A stretch of 64,000 bases of DNA, taken from assembly GCA_001949185.1 (NCBI GenBank), contig BDGG01000009.1:423624-487623 (forward strand), in the 5' to 3' direction. Shown here piece after piece: positions 49,858 through 62,308 of this stretch. A program made the position numbers and the translations under genes. The stretch is from Ramazzottius varieornatus. Lineage: Eukaryota > Animalia > Tardigrada. Under the pieces are notes generated by a model. That model searched no databases. It was not told where the DNA came from and saw only the letters and a list, made by a program, of their open reading frames with translations. How positions within the stretch are numbered: the stretch's first letter is position 1; every line of letters begins with the position of its first letter.

Positions 49858-51054
49858 CCTGGCCCAACCTTCCTTTGCAGGTTTCTTCTAATGAGATTCT
49901 ATGCGTTCCTCCCTGCGAAACATGACTCCGAATCTTTTCCACGCAGCAGTCCAGTTTGTGTCTGAAATTCGGCTGTTGTTAGCGGAGCGATGTAAAAAAA
50001 CCTTAAAATGAAAGCCTTGCCTTTATACTGTACGGGACATCCGCGAATGGACTTAGCCAGAGGAGCTCCCAGATCGTTTACCCAAGGGACGCACTCTCTC
50101 AGTCTATAACAACTCGTAATTACACCTTCGGCGTAATTACGAGTCGCTCCGGAACGACTTGTAATTACACCAGACTTAACCAACATCCCGAGTGAGCTGT
50201 GCTCCCCTCCAAACTTTCAAATGTCACTTCCATGACGAAGTTTCTCGCTACTCGTCCTACTGGTGAGTGTGTAGTGGTTCCTCCGACGTCAAAGATCTCA
50301 TAATCCTCCGATCGTACTTACCTGCAGTGCGGGGCTTTCAAAGCGAGCCGTTACACCGCTTTCCTAACTGGTAAAAAAAAATTTCTCGGCGTATCCACCA
50401 AAGTAGCTAGTGTAATTACACCACGAAGCCAGCTTAGTGTTTGTAAGCCCTTAATGAAAACGTGCGCCACTTGAGGTGACAGCAGTGGGCTCTGACGCGC
50501 CTGATGTTCGAGCTCGTGCATTCAGCTCTCTTTTCCAATCCTGTATGTTTCAGGTCTTCTCCGCTTTTCGTACGAGTACCAAAATTGTTGTAGAGTCACA
50601 TCAACGATCATGATACACCAGAGTTGGCAAGACCACGGACACGGGGCGAACTTCAGCGTTACAGTCGACCGAATGCTCGGAATGAAGTTACAATACAGTA
50701 GCCACCAATGCCCGGAGGCAGCGACGAAGACCGGCATCGAATTCGAAGACGGTAATGAATTCCATATGGTCTCTAGCATACATACACTGTACCTCTGCAA
50801 ATTACGTACAGTACTTCTCAAATCGAAAGTACTTTAGAAACCAGTTATCCGTCGTAAATCCATCTTCAGTACTGCTGCGTCGCGAGAAAGCGCGACGCTC
50901 TCATGATCAACGTTGGCAGTAAGAAGCTAACGTTCTTCGCGGCAGAGGTCGAATACTCTGGTCGATCGCGGTCTCCTTTGCCATTTCACCAAGAATTCTG
51001 TCACACAATTCAGTGCTTGAAATTTCAAAGTTGCTCCCTCTGATTTTGGCGAAA

Positions 51055-51605
51055 ATGGCGACCTCAGGTAGTGGCAAAATCGAACATGCGGTATACCAAC
51101 CTAATGCTGAGGCCTGTGTACGTTTTTCTCAAATTCAGGTGACCAGCAAACAGCGGACACCACCCAAGGTGAGTTCTTCGGTTCAAACGCGGAAGGAGCT
51201 GGAGCTGAATCAGCCGCTCAAACAGGCTCATCCGGCGGAACAGACCAAGCGAGTCCATCGGGTGCAACCCCTACTCCTCCAACCACACCCAGCGCAGCTG
51301 CTGGTGGGTCTTCGGACTGGGCAGTTGGTAACAGCTACGGAGTAGGTGATGTCTGTCAATATGAAGGGCAGAGCTACCAGTGCCGCCAAGCTCATACTGT
51401 CCAAGCACCCAACTGGACACCTCCAAATACTTTGGCGCTTTGGCTGCCGATTGGCACCAGCGAGTGGAAACAAGGGACCACCTATAATACTGATGACAGA
51501 TGCAGCTACGACTCGCAAAACTACCGCTGTAGACAAGCGCATACCGCCCATGCAGCGAACTGGACTCCACCGAATACTCCCAACCTATGGATGCCCGAGC
51601 AGTAG
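51055..51605 (+). CDS. Tandem CBM5/12 (ChiA1-type chitin-binding domain) protein, 159 aa; exons 51055-51067 and 51139-51605
   Basis: Two modules: WAVGNSYGVGDVCQYEGQSYQCRQAHTVQAPNWTPPNTLALW and WKQGTTYNTDDRCSYDSQNYRCRQAHTAHAANWTPPNTPNLW, after a G/S/A/T/P linker; 71-nt GT-AG intron; frame absent from the ORF track. Confidence 0.88.
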
Positions 51606-53888
51606 AACAAAAAAGACCTTGTCACTTCTTTTCTACATACGCTCTTCGGACAGTGGTGTTGATTTTGTGAAACAAGTTCGCAGGCTCGCCTGGAATTTGC
51701 AGGACATGTCTTGAAATGTCTGAGACTATGTTCAGTCCAGTGAGAACTTCAATGACGCCAACAGTTCATTTTCATCGGCTGATCAAGTAGTAAAAATGAT
51801 GATATTAATACTATATCAAATACCAACACAACATTTCCAACAGTCAGAAGCTTCATATGGTTCAGCTTTAGAGAGCGGCTTCCGTTTTGATGAGTCTGCA
51901 GTGACCAGGACCGTAAGAGCACCATGCAGCAACCTGTTGAGCAAACGCTTCGGCTTTGGAAGGAGTTCTGTACCATCCAGCTGAATTTCTTCCGATACCT
52001 TATCCGGCGTCGGCACATTCATGCCGACGGGAAGAGGTGATGAGCCACAAGCAATCAGTAATGCCAAGTTAACACGGCAAGAAAACGGCAGTCTCTCCGA
52101 GAAAGATGGAAGTTTTCGAAGTAAACTCCAGTGGGTTCCCATTCGTGGACGATTTGTCGCACAGGGTCTTTTTCGAAATAGTACCGTCGAAGCGCTTGAC
52201 GAAGAGAAAAAAGGCTTCAGTATATGGGATCCCTAGCTTGGTAATCCCATATACTGCAACATTTTATCGTATATAGAGTAGAGAACAGTACCTCACCTGC
52301 GAAAACGAGGGACGCCGGAAGACATCAAAATAAGCAAGAATATCCAGCTGCAGCTCGTGATGACTCGCAACCCATGGACGCCCATGTTCGTGTTTCGTCA
52401 GCAGAAGCTTGTTCCTCCATCCTCATCAGCCGAATAGACTGATCGTCGAGGATCTGTGGAACTATTTCAGTCACGCACGAGAAAGAAAACTGGAAAGAGC
52501 TGCGCATGCTCTGACGATATTACTATGTATTACAGAGGGAGTTCAATAAGTTTTAAGGCACAAACCACCTAAAAGTGCTATTTTCCAGAGTACGCTCTTA
52601 AGAGATAGACCATCTTCTCTAACTACTATCCTCAAAACATGAGGTACCTGGCACTCGCACAGAAGGAGAAATAATTTTTTGAAAAGATGAGATTCTTCTT
52701 TGCGATTTCTTCTCGAACTCGCGCATTTTCTAATGTTATTCTCATGTTACCCGTGCCCATGGTGGAAATGGTGTTTTCGAAAACTTGGGATAGATGGTTT
52801 TTTAGGGCTTCGACAAAGGGCAACTAGAGAGTAAAGGGCATACAGAGCGAAAGCTACCTTCTATCAGAAACAGAAACGCGGTGGAGAAAACTGAATTAAA
52901 AAGCTTCAGAAATCAAAAGTTTTTCTCGAGTCTTGACAGCGGTCCGGCTTGACTTCCTTCTGCTCAAACCAAGCACTAGACCTGCCTCTTGCATCCAGTG
53001 CTGGAGTAAACTCAAACGTCTACTGAGGAAGAAACTGCATAATATCTTCAAGAACGTGGAGCCTTAAAAAAACCTCCCTTTATATCATGACTTACAAAAT
53101 TTTTCCAGCAAATGATTCCCAACCTAGGCTCTAATTTTGCAGCATTGTCCATAAGTTGCTCTCACTTTACGCAAAAATTTGCAGAGATCGAACGACCACA
53201 AAATTTCTGGTGAGCACAGCTTTAAAACTTATTGAACTCCCTATGTATTCGGGCCCGTTGTTACCTGCCACTGCTTCTGCTGCGTTGCTGAGTTCATATC
53301 GTGCCGGGAGTGAAAACTGACTATCCACGATGCACCTTCCTGCTCCAGGAAAAGACAACTGTACTGTTACACCCTAATCGGCGAGAAGAAGTCCGCATTC
53401 GGGGATGGTGCGGCGAGTACTGTAGCAGGAACGTTGCGCATCTCCAGAACATACTCCGCGATGCCGCTCGGTGGCCGGCGTATCAGAATCGCTGAGCTGA
53501 TCCATCCTGTCTGCAGAAGCCATCCTCTGTCCTCGAAGCGCCGAGAAGTAATGTTAAAACCATCTCGCAGTAACCAGAATGGAATCAACCTAAAGTAAAG
53601 GAGATGAGGAACATTATGAAATAGTCGACCGGAAGTCCTCGTACGGACTTTTCGGACCGCGAAAACCAAAATAATGACATATTAATGACATACATGATGT
53701 ACGGTACGTATGGCTGTAACATCACCCGTAAGACGGTAAAGTAAGGTTAGCTAATTTCTCTCAGAAGCTTATTAAGCTCCCAGACTCCTCCTCGAAGTCG
53801 AAGTCTTGCAGTCTCGATCGCGTTTAGGTACAAAGAATATCCTAGCTCCACAGCCGAAGCGAAGTCTACGACAGTGCTGATTTCCAGG

Positions 53889-56032
53889 ATGGAACAAGTG
53901 TTGAGACGGATAGCGCGTAAGCTGATCCGAGCGTCTTCGAGTAGATCATCACTTCCGCTGACATGCCTCCGACATCTTACGCAAGCTGATATCCCGAACA
54001 TCAAGCCATCACAGACCGATGCTAAGGACAAAGCTGGATCTACAAACCATGGGCCTGTTAGGATGACCGGAGCTGGACCATTAACATCTAAGTCTGCCGA
54101 TGCCACCACAGCATCTTTCAAAGATAACACCAAAGATGCAAAGCAACCTCGCTTCGTTACCCGCGACTCTGATTCCTTATCAAAACTGCTGGAGAAAGCT
54201 TCCGAGAAGGTGCGAATGGCCGAAGCGGAGCCGCTAGCAAGCAAAATTAGTACCGAGAAAGTCAGGATGACGGAGGCGGGACCGTTAAGGAAAAAGTCTG
54301 ATTCAGAGCCAACTTCCAGTAGGAAAACAGGAGCTGCTGCAACGTCGGACAGTACGGCACGAAGTAGCAGAGACACCAGTAGCAAGAAAGAGAACGCGAA
54401 GGCGAGATACGGCCTCGAGTTGATGAAAGCCTGGCAAATTTCAGAGTTTGGAGATATCGGAAGTTTGCAACTGGTTGACCAAGTAAACGTCCCGATGCTC
54501 GCGGATCCCTTCGGTAAAATTTCCTCGAAACGAATTCGATTAGACCATTTTCAAAGTGACGCACGCTTCCAGCCAATAATGCTGGAAAAGTGCGCCACTT
54601 GGATGAATAACCAAGCTCGACTAGATTGCTCTTTCACGTGGCGCACGCTTTCAGACGATTTGCGGTAAATGTGCGCCACTTGGGAAAACTACATGGTGGA
54701 GTTCGTGTGCCGAGATTTCAATTCTCACACATTCTGCTTTGTTTTGACTCTCTATGTGTTTACAGATTTACTGGTGGAGATCCATGCTGCAAGTATCAAC
54801 CCGTTCGACGTGGCGCGAACTCGTGGTTACGGGGAGAACCTCATCCAAAACATGCGCGATCTGTCAAAGTTCTCGTGGATCCCGCGGCTACCAGACCTGG
54901 CTTCATTGTTCAGTCGGAAGGACGACCCGTTTCCTCTGACGCTTGGGAGAGACTTTAGTGGGAGAGTGGTGGACGCGGGGAAGATGGTGAAGGGGCTGCG
55001 AGCGGGTGATGAGGTGTATGGGGTGATAGGACCTCATCGACAGGGGACGTTAGCTGAGTACGCATCGACGTCGACATGGTGTGTGGCTAGAAAGCCGAAG
55101 AATGTCTCGCATGCGGAAGCTGCAAGCATCCCGTATGTCGCGTGTACCACTTGGTCGGTGATGAAACTCGTGCAGAATTTGCCGAACAGGAATAGGGAAG
55201 ATACAAGGGTGCTGATGCTAGGAGCTTCCGGGGGAATCGGCACCTTCTCCGTTCAGGTTCGTCCGAGCACGCAAAACGTAGTCAAAAACACCAAAAACAG
55301 ATTCCAGCCATGTATCTCAAATTTGGTCCTTAAAAAACTGTTCGAATACTTTTCTAAACAAACCGTCCGAAAATTTCACTCAACTTTCGGGAACCCGAAT
55401 ACACCAGGTCTCACCCCGAACGTGGAACGTCAGTATGCAGGTTGGGGACTTATATGGGATTTTTAATGTCGATCACTTCCTATGGACAATTTATTCTCTT
55501 TTTGCAGTATCTAAAGACACTCGGAGTTCATGTAACCGCAGTCTGTGGTACAGACGGTGTGGAACTCGTGGAGTCCCTCGGAGCTGACGACGTGATCGAC
55601 TACAAGACGTCAACCGTCGAGAAAGAGCTGGAAATGCGAGACCGCTTTGACGTTATCTTCCAAGCTTCCGGTCACAACTACGACAGCCTCAAGAAGTTTC
55701 TCAAAGGCAACCTCAAGTCTTTCTTCGTAACTCTTAACTTCCCGCTTCTCAACAACTCCGACAAACTAGGGAGTATTCCTGGTTTGTTAAAGTCAGGTGC
55801 GGATTTCTCTCTCGACTACTTCAAAGGCCTCGCGAACGGCAGCCACACCATCTGGGCGTTCTTCACCCCGAACGGAAGTTTCCTTGAAGAAGTCGCGGGA
55901 TTGATCGAAGATGGACGGATCAAGCCAGTCGTCGGCAAGGCGTACAGCTTTGATGAAGTAACGAAAGCTTTCAGTGAAGTGGACGCGGGCAATTCGAATG
56001 GGAAGGTCGTGGTCGAAGTCCGAAAAGAGTAA
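53889..56032 (+). CDS. RTN4IP1: Reticulon-4-interacting protein 1 (mitochondrial NAD(P)H oxidoreductase); exons 53889-54513, 54765-55256, 55508-56032
   Basis: MKAWQI..FG, HAASINPFD...GYG, FPLTLGRDFSG.VV, KPKNVSHAEAASIPYVACTTWS, LGASGGIGTF, WAFF.PNG, GKVVV; family A dimer in intron 1 (~54515-54715). Confidence 0.93.
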
Positions 56033-56113
56033 CGGTCACATTAATATGCAGCTTGGATGATTTTTGAGTCATCATTCATGCTCTGATTGTTCTTAGCTCT
56101 GACAGTCGTAAAT

Positions 56114-56323
56114 GGGAGCTGTGCCAACAAAGTTGACTAGATCGTTTTTTCAAGTAGCGCACCTTCTCAATCTTTTCGGCTGAAAGCGTGCGCCGCTTGG
56201 AAGACAATCAGGCCGGCTTTGGTTGCCGGTTGCTTTCCTAAGTGACGCACTCTTCTGGCCAAAATCACATATAACGTGCGCCACTGGGGAAAGCGACCTG
56301 GTCGACTTCGTTTGCTGAGCTTT
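56114..56323. repeat. Family A dimer ~80 nt after the RTN4IP1 stop codon
   Basis: AT|GGGAGCTG left end, two degenerate core pairs. Confidence 0.8.
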
Positions 56324-56687
56324 TAAATGTACGGCGCCCTTTTTTCACAGCAGAATAATGTGAGTGATTTCACTTTGTCGTAGGTTTTATAGGTTTTTAA
56401 CGAGATGATCGCTTGCATATGCCGATCAGCTTTGAAAGCAAACTACTATGATGTAACTGAGCAAATGAGACAATAAATTGCTACGCCGAGTGATTCTTTG
56501 GGAGAGGTATGCACTGTGTCACTCGTTTGCATTCGATAATATCATACAGCGATTGTTGACGCAATGCCGACATTCAAATGTCCACGATCGGTCTATAGTT
56601 CGCGCTGGGCCTTTTGTCGTATTATGTGGGTCAGAAGGAGTTCGCAAAGATCCATCATTTCTGGTTACGTTTGACCCAGCTAGAAAC

Positions 56688-59102
56688 ATGGAAGTCACTA
56701 CGGTGATTCTATTGTTGGTTTCATTATTATTTTTTACATATTGTAAGTGGAAAAATAAGATAATGTCGAAAGTCTAGAGTGTTTTCCTGTTGTTGAGTTC
56801 TTGGCTTATCATCACGAAATTTGGTTTCATCTTTCCAGGTAACTGCCAAGTGCCAAATGCAAGATGCGATCCGAGGCCGTGTGTCGAAAAGACCTACAAC
56901 ATATTCCTACGGCAAAATCCCATTCTAACAGCGCAGGAAATGGAGCGGATTTACTGTAACCCGTAAGTGGAACCGTCAAAGCTCGTCGTTGTTAATGATG
57001 TCAAGTGATGCAATAGTTGACCTGCCACGCCCAGGTCCGACATGATGCTGAACGTAGTCGGAATATCATGCTAGTACCATTTTGATTTTTAGGACAGTGG
57101 AGGGAAGCCTTGTGAGTTTGGTGAAGTGTTGGCGAGCTCAGTGTGGGAATGCGGCAGTCGCACAAGACCGGATTCTACAAGAGGCCGAGTATACCATCAA
57201 CCAAGTGTGCAGAAATGTCGATGCAAAACAAAGTATGTGAATTTCCACTGCGGACATTCTTGTTCTTTTCTACGAGTGTCATTGTAGAGCTGATTGAGGG
57301 TTTTGCTACGGGATGTCAAGTCTTCTACCCATCGCCAAGAGCACTTCCGGTAAACCCGGCCTATTTGAACCACTGCATGTCGCCACCAGGTCGTGGCAAG
57401 CGCGCGATAGAGACCAAGAGTTCGCTAAACCACAGCGTGAGGAAGACTGGTCAGAAGAACCTTCCACCGTCGCTGGTCGAAATGGATTCGGGATGGCAAT
57501 GGACCGTTGGTCCTTTGGACGACCCACCAATTCCCGCACCTTTCTCGACTGGCGCTGGCTATGGAAGCCCGTAAGAACTCATTGAGAACTCGGCAAATGA
57601 ACTCACCCAAGTGGCGCATAATTTGATTGTAATTGGCCGAGAAAGTGCGCCACCTGGGGAAAAGATCTGAATGAACTTATTCGCCAACCTGCCAGTTTGC
57701 ATTTTCGCTCTCGGTTGAAGGGTCGTTTTCTTAGCTCAGGTCTGTTACAGAGGTCTCGATGAGGAGTTCTACTATGAATGGAAATGGCCCACTGCCTTTT
57801 CGAGCAGCGTGGTTTCCGCCCCGTCGTACTCGATGATCTTCCCTGTGACATCGACCGCGGCCGTATCGAATAATGGCGGGCAGCAGGATGTTAGCTTTTG
57901 TTTGGAGACAGGTAAATGACTCACCTGTTACGAAGTGATTTGGTCCGTAAACATCCTTGCTTTGCAGGCGAACTGATGGACTGTACTTTGAGCCGGACAT
58001 GTATTCCCGACCAAGGCAAGCATGGCCAGCATGGCTGGTTCCTCATTCACTGTTTTTTTTCCAAGCGGCGCACGCTTGCAGGCAATAACACTACCAACGT
58101 GCACCACTTCGGCAAACCAATCGTGCCGATTTTGTTCGCCGGGCTAACTCAGTACTTATTTAGGCAAAATCATGAAGTCACTGGCATTGGTCTACTTATC
58201 CTGCACTGCCATTGGTAAGCTTCTCCGAAGTCTGAAGTAAGAAAAACCGCATCGTACTTTTATGTTTTTTCTTTGAATTTTAACCATATTGTGATGGATA
58301 GTTCACGCTTCGCCGGTATGCGATATGAGCAAGGTAACTCAATGCATGCGCATTAGCGGAGGCTCGGTCTTCGATATATTCGATGTCTCCAGAGGAGTGC
58401 AATATTGCCAGTAAGAAATTCTTACCGCGTTCTTTTTTCGCAAGGAATCAACGAACTTCGTTGCAGATACTATCCGGCGATACTGAATTGCATCACGCGA
58501 GACTGCCCCGATCAAGCGGTGACCAACGCCGATATGGTTCTTCTCGCTCAGTACAAGAGGTTCCTGATCAATTACTGCACGAACAGGCAATATCAAGCTA
58601 GTAAGGGCTTTGGATTCCTGAATCGCAGCTCGGAAGTGTAGATTGCCCCCACCCCTTTCGTGTTTTGTAGGTGTTATCAAAGCTTCGGCCAGTTGTCCCA
58701 TCTTCCTCAACACCGCTGTGCTGCCCGTCACGGATGCTTCGCTGGTCTGTGCTAGGCAGATGGTCGAGGCAGAAGGGAAACCGTGGAACTTATGTACGAT
58801 GACGGAAGCCAGTACTTACTGCTTTGCGAAATCGAAGAACTGCGGTATGCGGAATCTTTTGAGAGGCCCGCAAACGAAACGTACAAGTTCGTCGTCTCAA
58901 GTGGCGCACGTTGTCATTTTTATTGACCAGAAGCATGCGCCACTCGAGGTGGTGGTCCCACACTTTGTTTGCCAGCCTTATTTTTATGATATCAGAGTTC
59001 AGAGATGAATCCAACGGAACCTCTTGCACGCATTGTAATCCGTTCAGACTTTTACAGACTATACCGCGGTTAACCCGCAAAAGACGGCTTTGCTGGAAAT
59101 GA
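56688..59102 (+). CDS. Secreted Cys-rich protein with two related Cys modules (one fused gene or two tandem genes); 3' end uncertain
   Basis: Signal peptide MEVTTVILLLVSLLFFTYC; ~11 in-frame exons; second signal-like segment MKSLALVYLSCTAIVHA at 58172; family A copies in three introns. Confidence 0.6.
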
Positions 59103-59401
59103 TCGGCTGCCATCCAGCTGGTCAGCTCAGATATGGTATGAACTCCTGCAACCCAAATCTTGCCATGCTGTAGGTTACTGACGAAGGTTTCCTTTCAGAC
59201 TACAATGCTGCAAGAGAAAACAGCGCAACGATGAAGAGACCGAATACGTTCATTTTGATTTCGATAATTTTAATATTAGTGAAGCTAAAGATTACATTAT
59301 GAAACAGTAAAACCAAAACCAGCTGTGTTCCATCCGAAAACCATTTCACTTCCATGAAATACACTACCGGTAGGGTGGGCGGAACGCTTTTTGTTAATCT
59401 A

Positions 59402-61077
59402 TCAAGTCATCTGAGCAAAACAAATGCTAGCATTCGTTCCACCAAAACCAAACGAATTCTTTATCGCAACTCTTCTTCTAAACTTCGGATCCCACCTAAC
59501 ACTGGATTTCGAAACAATGCTCAGTTTATGTATTGCTGGATCGAGGTATTTCAGATTCGCAGTGGGCGGGATGTCTCCAGTATGACAGGCTAAAACGGTA
59601 AAAACACTCTCGATGGCTCCAGCCGCGCCTAACAAATGACCTGTTGCTCCTTTGGTCGATGATACACTAAGGGTCTCTAACGGATCTCCGACGAACATCA
59701 TGGCGATTGCACCGGCTTCCACTTTGTCCCCGATAGGCGTCGAGGTAGCTAAAAGCAAAAAACAACCAAAGGTGAACAACAGTCATCAATATTCATATAA
59801 TTATCATGATATTATGGGAGCTCGCCAAATCAACTTGATAAGATCGTTTTCCGAGTGGCGCACGCTATCAGCCAATAACCCTGAAACATGCGCCGCTTGG
59901 GAAAAGAATCTTGTCGAGTAGGCATGCCGAGATGCCATACATTCACCAAGAAACAAGCTTGAAATTTACCGTGGCAGTTTACGTATCCCACTTCTTCAGG
60001 TTGGACGCCCGAATGTTCCATTGCTCTGCTCATACACAGTATCGCTCCTCCGCCGTCTTCTCTCGGGGTCGTTATGTGGTACGCGTCTGCAGATAGTCCA
60101 TAGCCGAGTACTTCCGCGTATATTTTAGCACCACGCTTCTCGGCATGGCTCAGTTCTTCCAGCACGAGAACACCAGAACCTTCACCCATCACGAAGCCAT
60201 CTCTTCGGACATCGAAAGGCCGGGAAGCGGACTGCGGATCCTCGTTGAAACCTGTGGACAAGGCGCGCATCCGAGCGAATGCTGCGATGCTCAGCGGATT
60301 CACTGCAGCTTCTGTCGCTCCACAGACCATCACGTCAGCGTCGCCATACTGGATGAACCTCGAAGCGTCTCCGATTGCATGAAGACCGGTCGTGCAAGCT
60401 GTACTACGGTAGAGAACAAAAACGGGTAAAAACCAAGAACTAAACGAATAACTCGAATACGGCTAACATAACACACTTGGTGGACCATAAGGTATATTAC
60501 CCACGTGGAACAGCAGATCGTACCATGACGTCATAATCACCCTACGGCCTGCCAAGTCAATCAGATAGCGAAGTTGATACCTTACACAATGATTCGGCCC
60601 TTGAAATCCATATTTCAGGCTGACGTGTCCAGCAGCGAGGTTCGGAAGGATCCTGGGGATGAAGAAGGGTGACACCTTGGAATAACCACGATTCAGGTCA
60701 CTGCCTGTGCTTAGGACATCTTGCAGATCGACCATCCCCATGCCAAGACAAACTCCAGTGCGCTCCTTCTCCGCTTTCGATCCCGGCTTCCACTTCGCAT
60801 CGGTCAGGGCTTGTTCGGTTGCATGTAGAGCGTAAATCATACTCAGAGATAGATACTTGCGATCAGATTTGGAGACAGCGTCAATGTCGAAGGATGTTTC
60901 GTCCGTTCCGCGAGGTACAAGTGCAGCTACCTTGCAAGGGATTGAAGCATACTCTGGAGCATCTAGCTTAGTCGTTGCACTCTCTCCAGCGAGCAAGCGC
61001 TTCCATGCATATTGTACTTTGGTACCTAAAGGACTGACCAAGCCCAGACCGGTCACAACTACCCGACGCGACTTCAT
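59402..61077 (-). CDS. OXSM: Mitochondrial 3-oxoacyl-ACP synthase (FabF-type); exons 61077-60581, 60403-59970, 59748-59402
   Basis: [17 protein letters not shown] (catalytic Cys), [42 protein letters not shown]. Confidence 0.95.
59816..59936. repeat. Family A monomer in OXSM intron, flanked by AT on both sides
   Basis: AT|GGGAGCTCG...GAGTGGCGCAC-N24-ATGCGCCGCTTG...CGAGATGCC|AT. Confidence 0.85.
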
Positions 61078-61990
61078 GGGTTGAGGAGAAAGGAGCTCAA
61101 ACGGGAAATTCAGAAAGATGGGAATCTCGCGCTCGCGATCAGCTGACGTGAGCGAAATGTTGCTGGAGTGTGACATAACATTACATGACAGGACACACAT
61201 ATCCATACATGATAACATGGCATGACACTGTGCCATCGAAGTGTAGTCACTGTAGTGACTCGTTGTGGGGTTCTTGGGTGTCGGCCGAGGAACCGTGGCT
61301 CAAAAACTGAAAAACATATTCTCGGGCGGTAGATGGAATATTGGCTGATATCTACACTTGATATCTTTTTAAAAACCAAGGTTGCAGTCGGATGCGGCAT
61401 GTCAGTCGAATTAGACACAGTGAGGTTAGCGAGATTGCGACTCGCGACCATATGGTGCGATAGAACACTTGATCGATTTTTTATCACAGGGTCCTCGCTG
61501 CAAAGTGTAGATTAAGGCGAGCCTGGGGGATGCATCACTCCAGGACTTGGAGCAACAAAGTTATCCTTTGATCCAAAACATGCGAAAACCCTTTGCACCC
61601 CCTTTGTTGTGCTCTTCGGGGTACTTCCGGGTGTCCCTACTCAGGGGATCAGTTCTCCAGGGTTAAATTAGCAAGTGGACCTCCGGCATGGTACCCAACT
61701 ACAGCCTTTACTCGAGCCCCACATGATTATACTGTAGTGACTCTGCTGAATGTGTTGTGCATCACGATCCTTGAGGCGATCTTTCTAACGTCTGGCATGC
61801 GCATGGAAATACCTACGGAAATCAACAAAAGCCGAAAGATTGACTGATGAAGGCACCGTCGTCATTGCCTGACGCTGTTTTATCTAGTTTCTAATTAGCG
61901 AGTTCCTCTCAACGTTCCTGCTGCTGTCTGCAAGGGCATGAGCGTTGTGGATCACGAGTAATCAACTGGAGAAAGATCCATTCGGCATCC

Positions 61991-62308
61991 ATGACGAGCG
62001 ATGGAGCCAGGATGAGCAAGGCGGAAGAGCAGACGTTTTCTTGGTCGGAAATCAGCCAGCATACCAGTGCGAACAGTCTGTGGGTTGTGGTGCGAGATAA
62101 AACTTCACCGGGATCGCCGCTGAGGGTCTACGACGTGACGAATTTTCAAAAAACTCACCCTGGAGGACATCTCATCCTCCTGAAGTACGCCGGTACGGAA
62201 TGCTCGAGAGCCTTTGCCGCCGTCGGACATTCAAAGTATGCCATTAAAAGAATGAGCCAGTATCGCATCGGGATTGCCGAGGCTGACAACGTAGAACCTA
62301 GAAAATAA
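61991..62308 (+). CDS. Atypical soluble cytochrome b5 (no membrane anchor, loop insertion)
   Basis: VYDVTNF..HPGG and GHS heme-ligand motifs; ends without a hydrophobic tail. Confidence 0.9.
   Translation: MTSDGARMSKAEEQTFSWSEISQHTSANSLWVVVRDKTSPGSPLRVYDVTNFQKTHPGGHLILLKYAGTECSRAFAAVGHSKYAIKRMSQYRIGIAEADNVEPRK

Noticed and set aside
51750-52510. Possible small minus-strand gene with a signal-like first exon
   Set aside because: Tested splice combinations hit early stops or gave unrecognisable products
52530-53080. Possible Tc1/IS630 relic (TIR-like TACAGAGGGGAGTTCAATAAG; CWSKLKRLLRK)
   Set aside because: Too degenerate; no second TIR or catalytic motif could be confirmed
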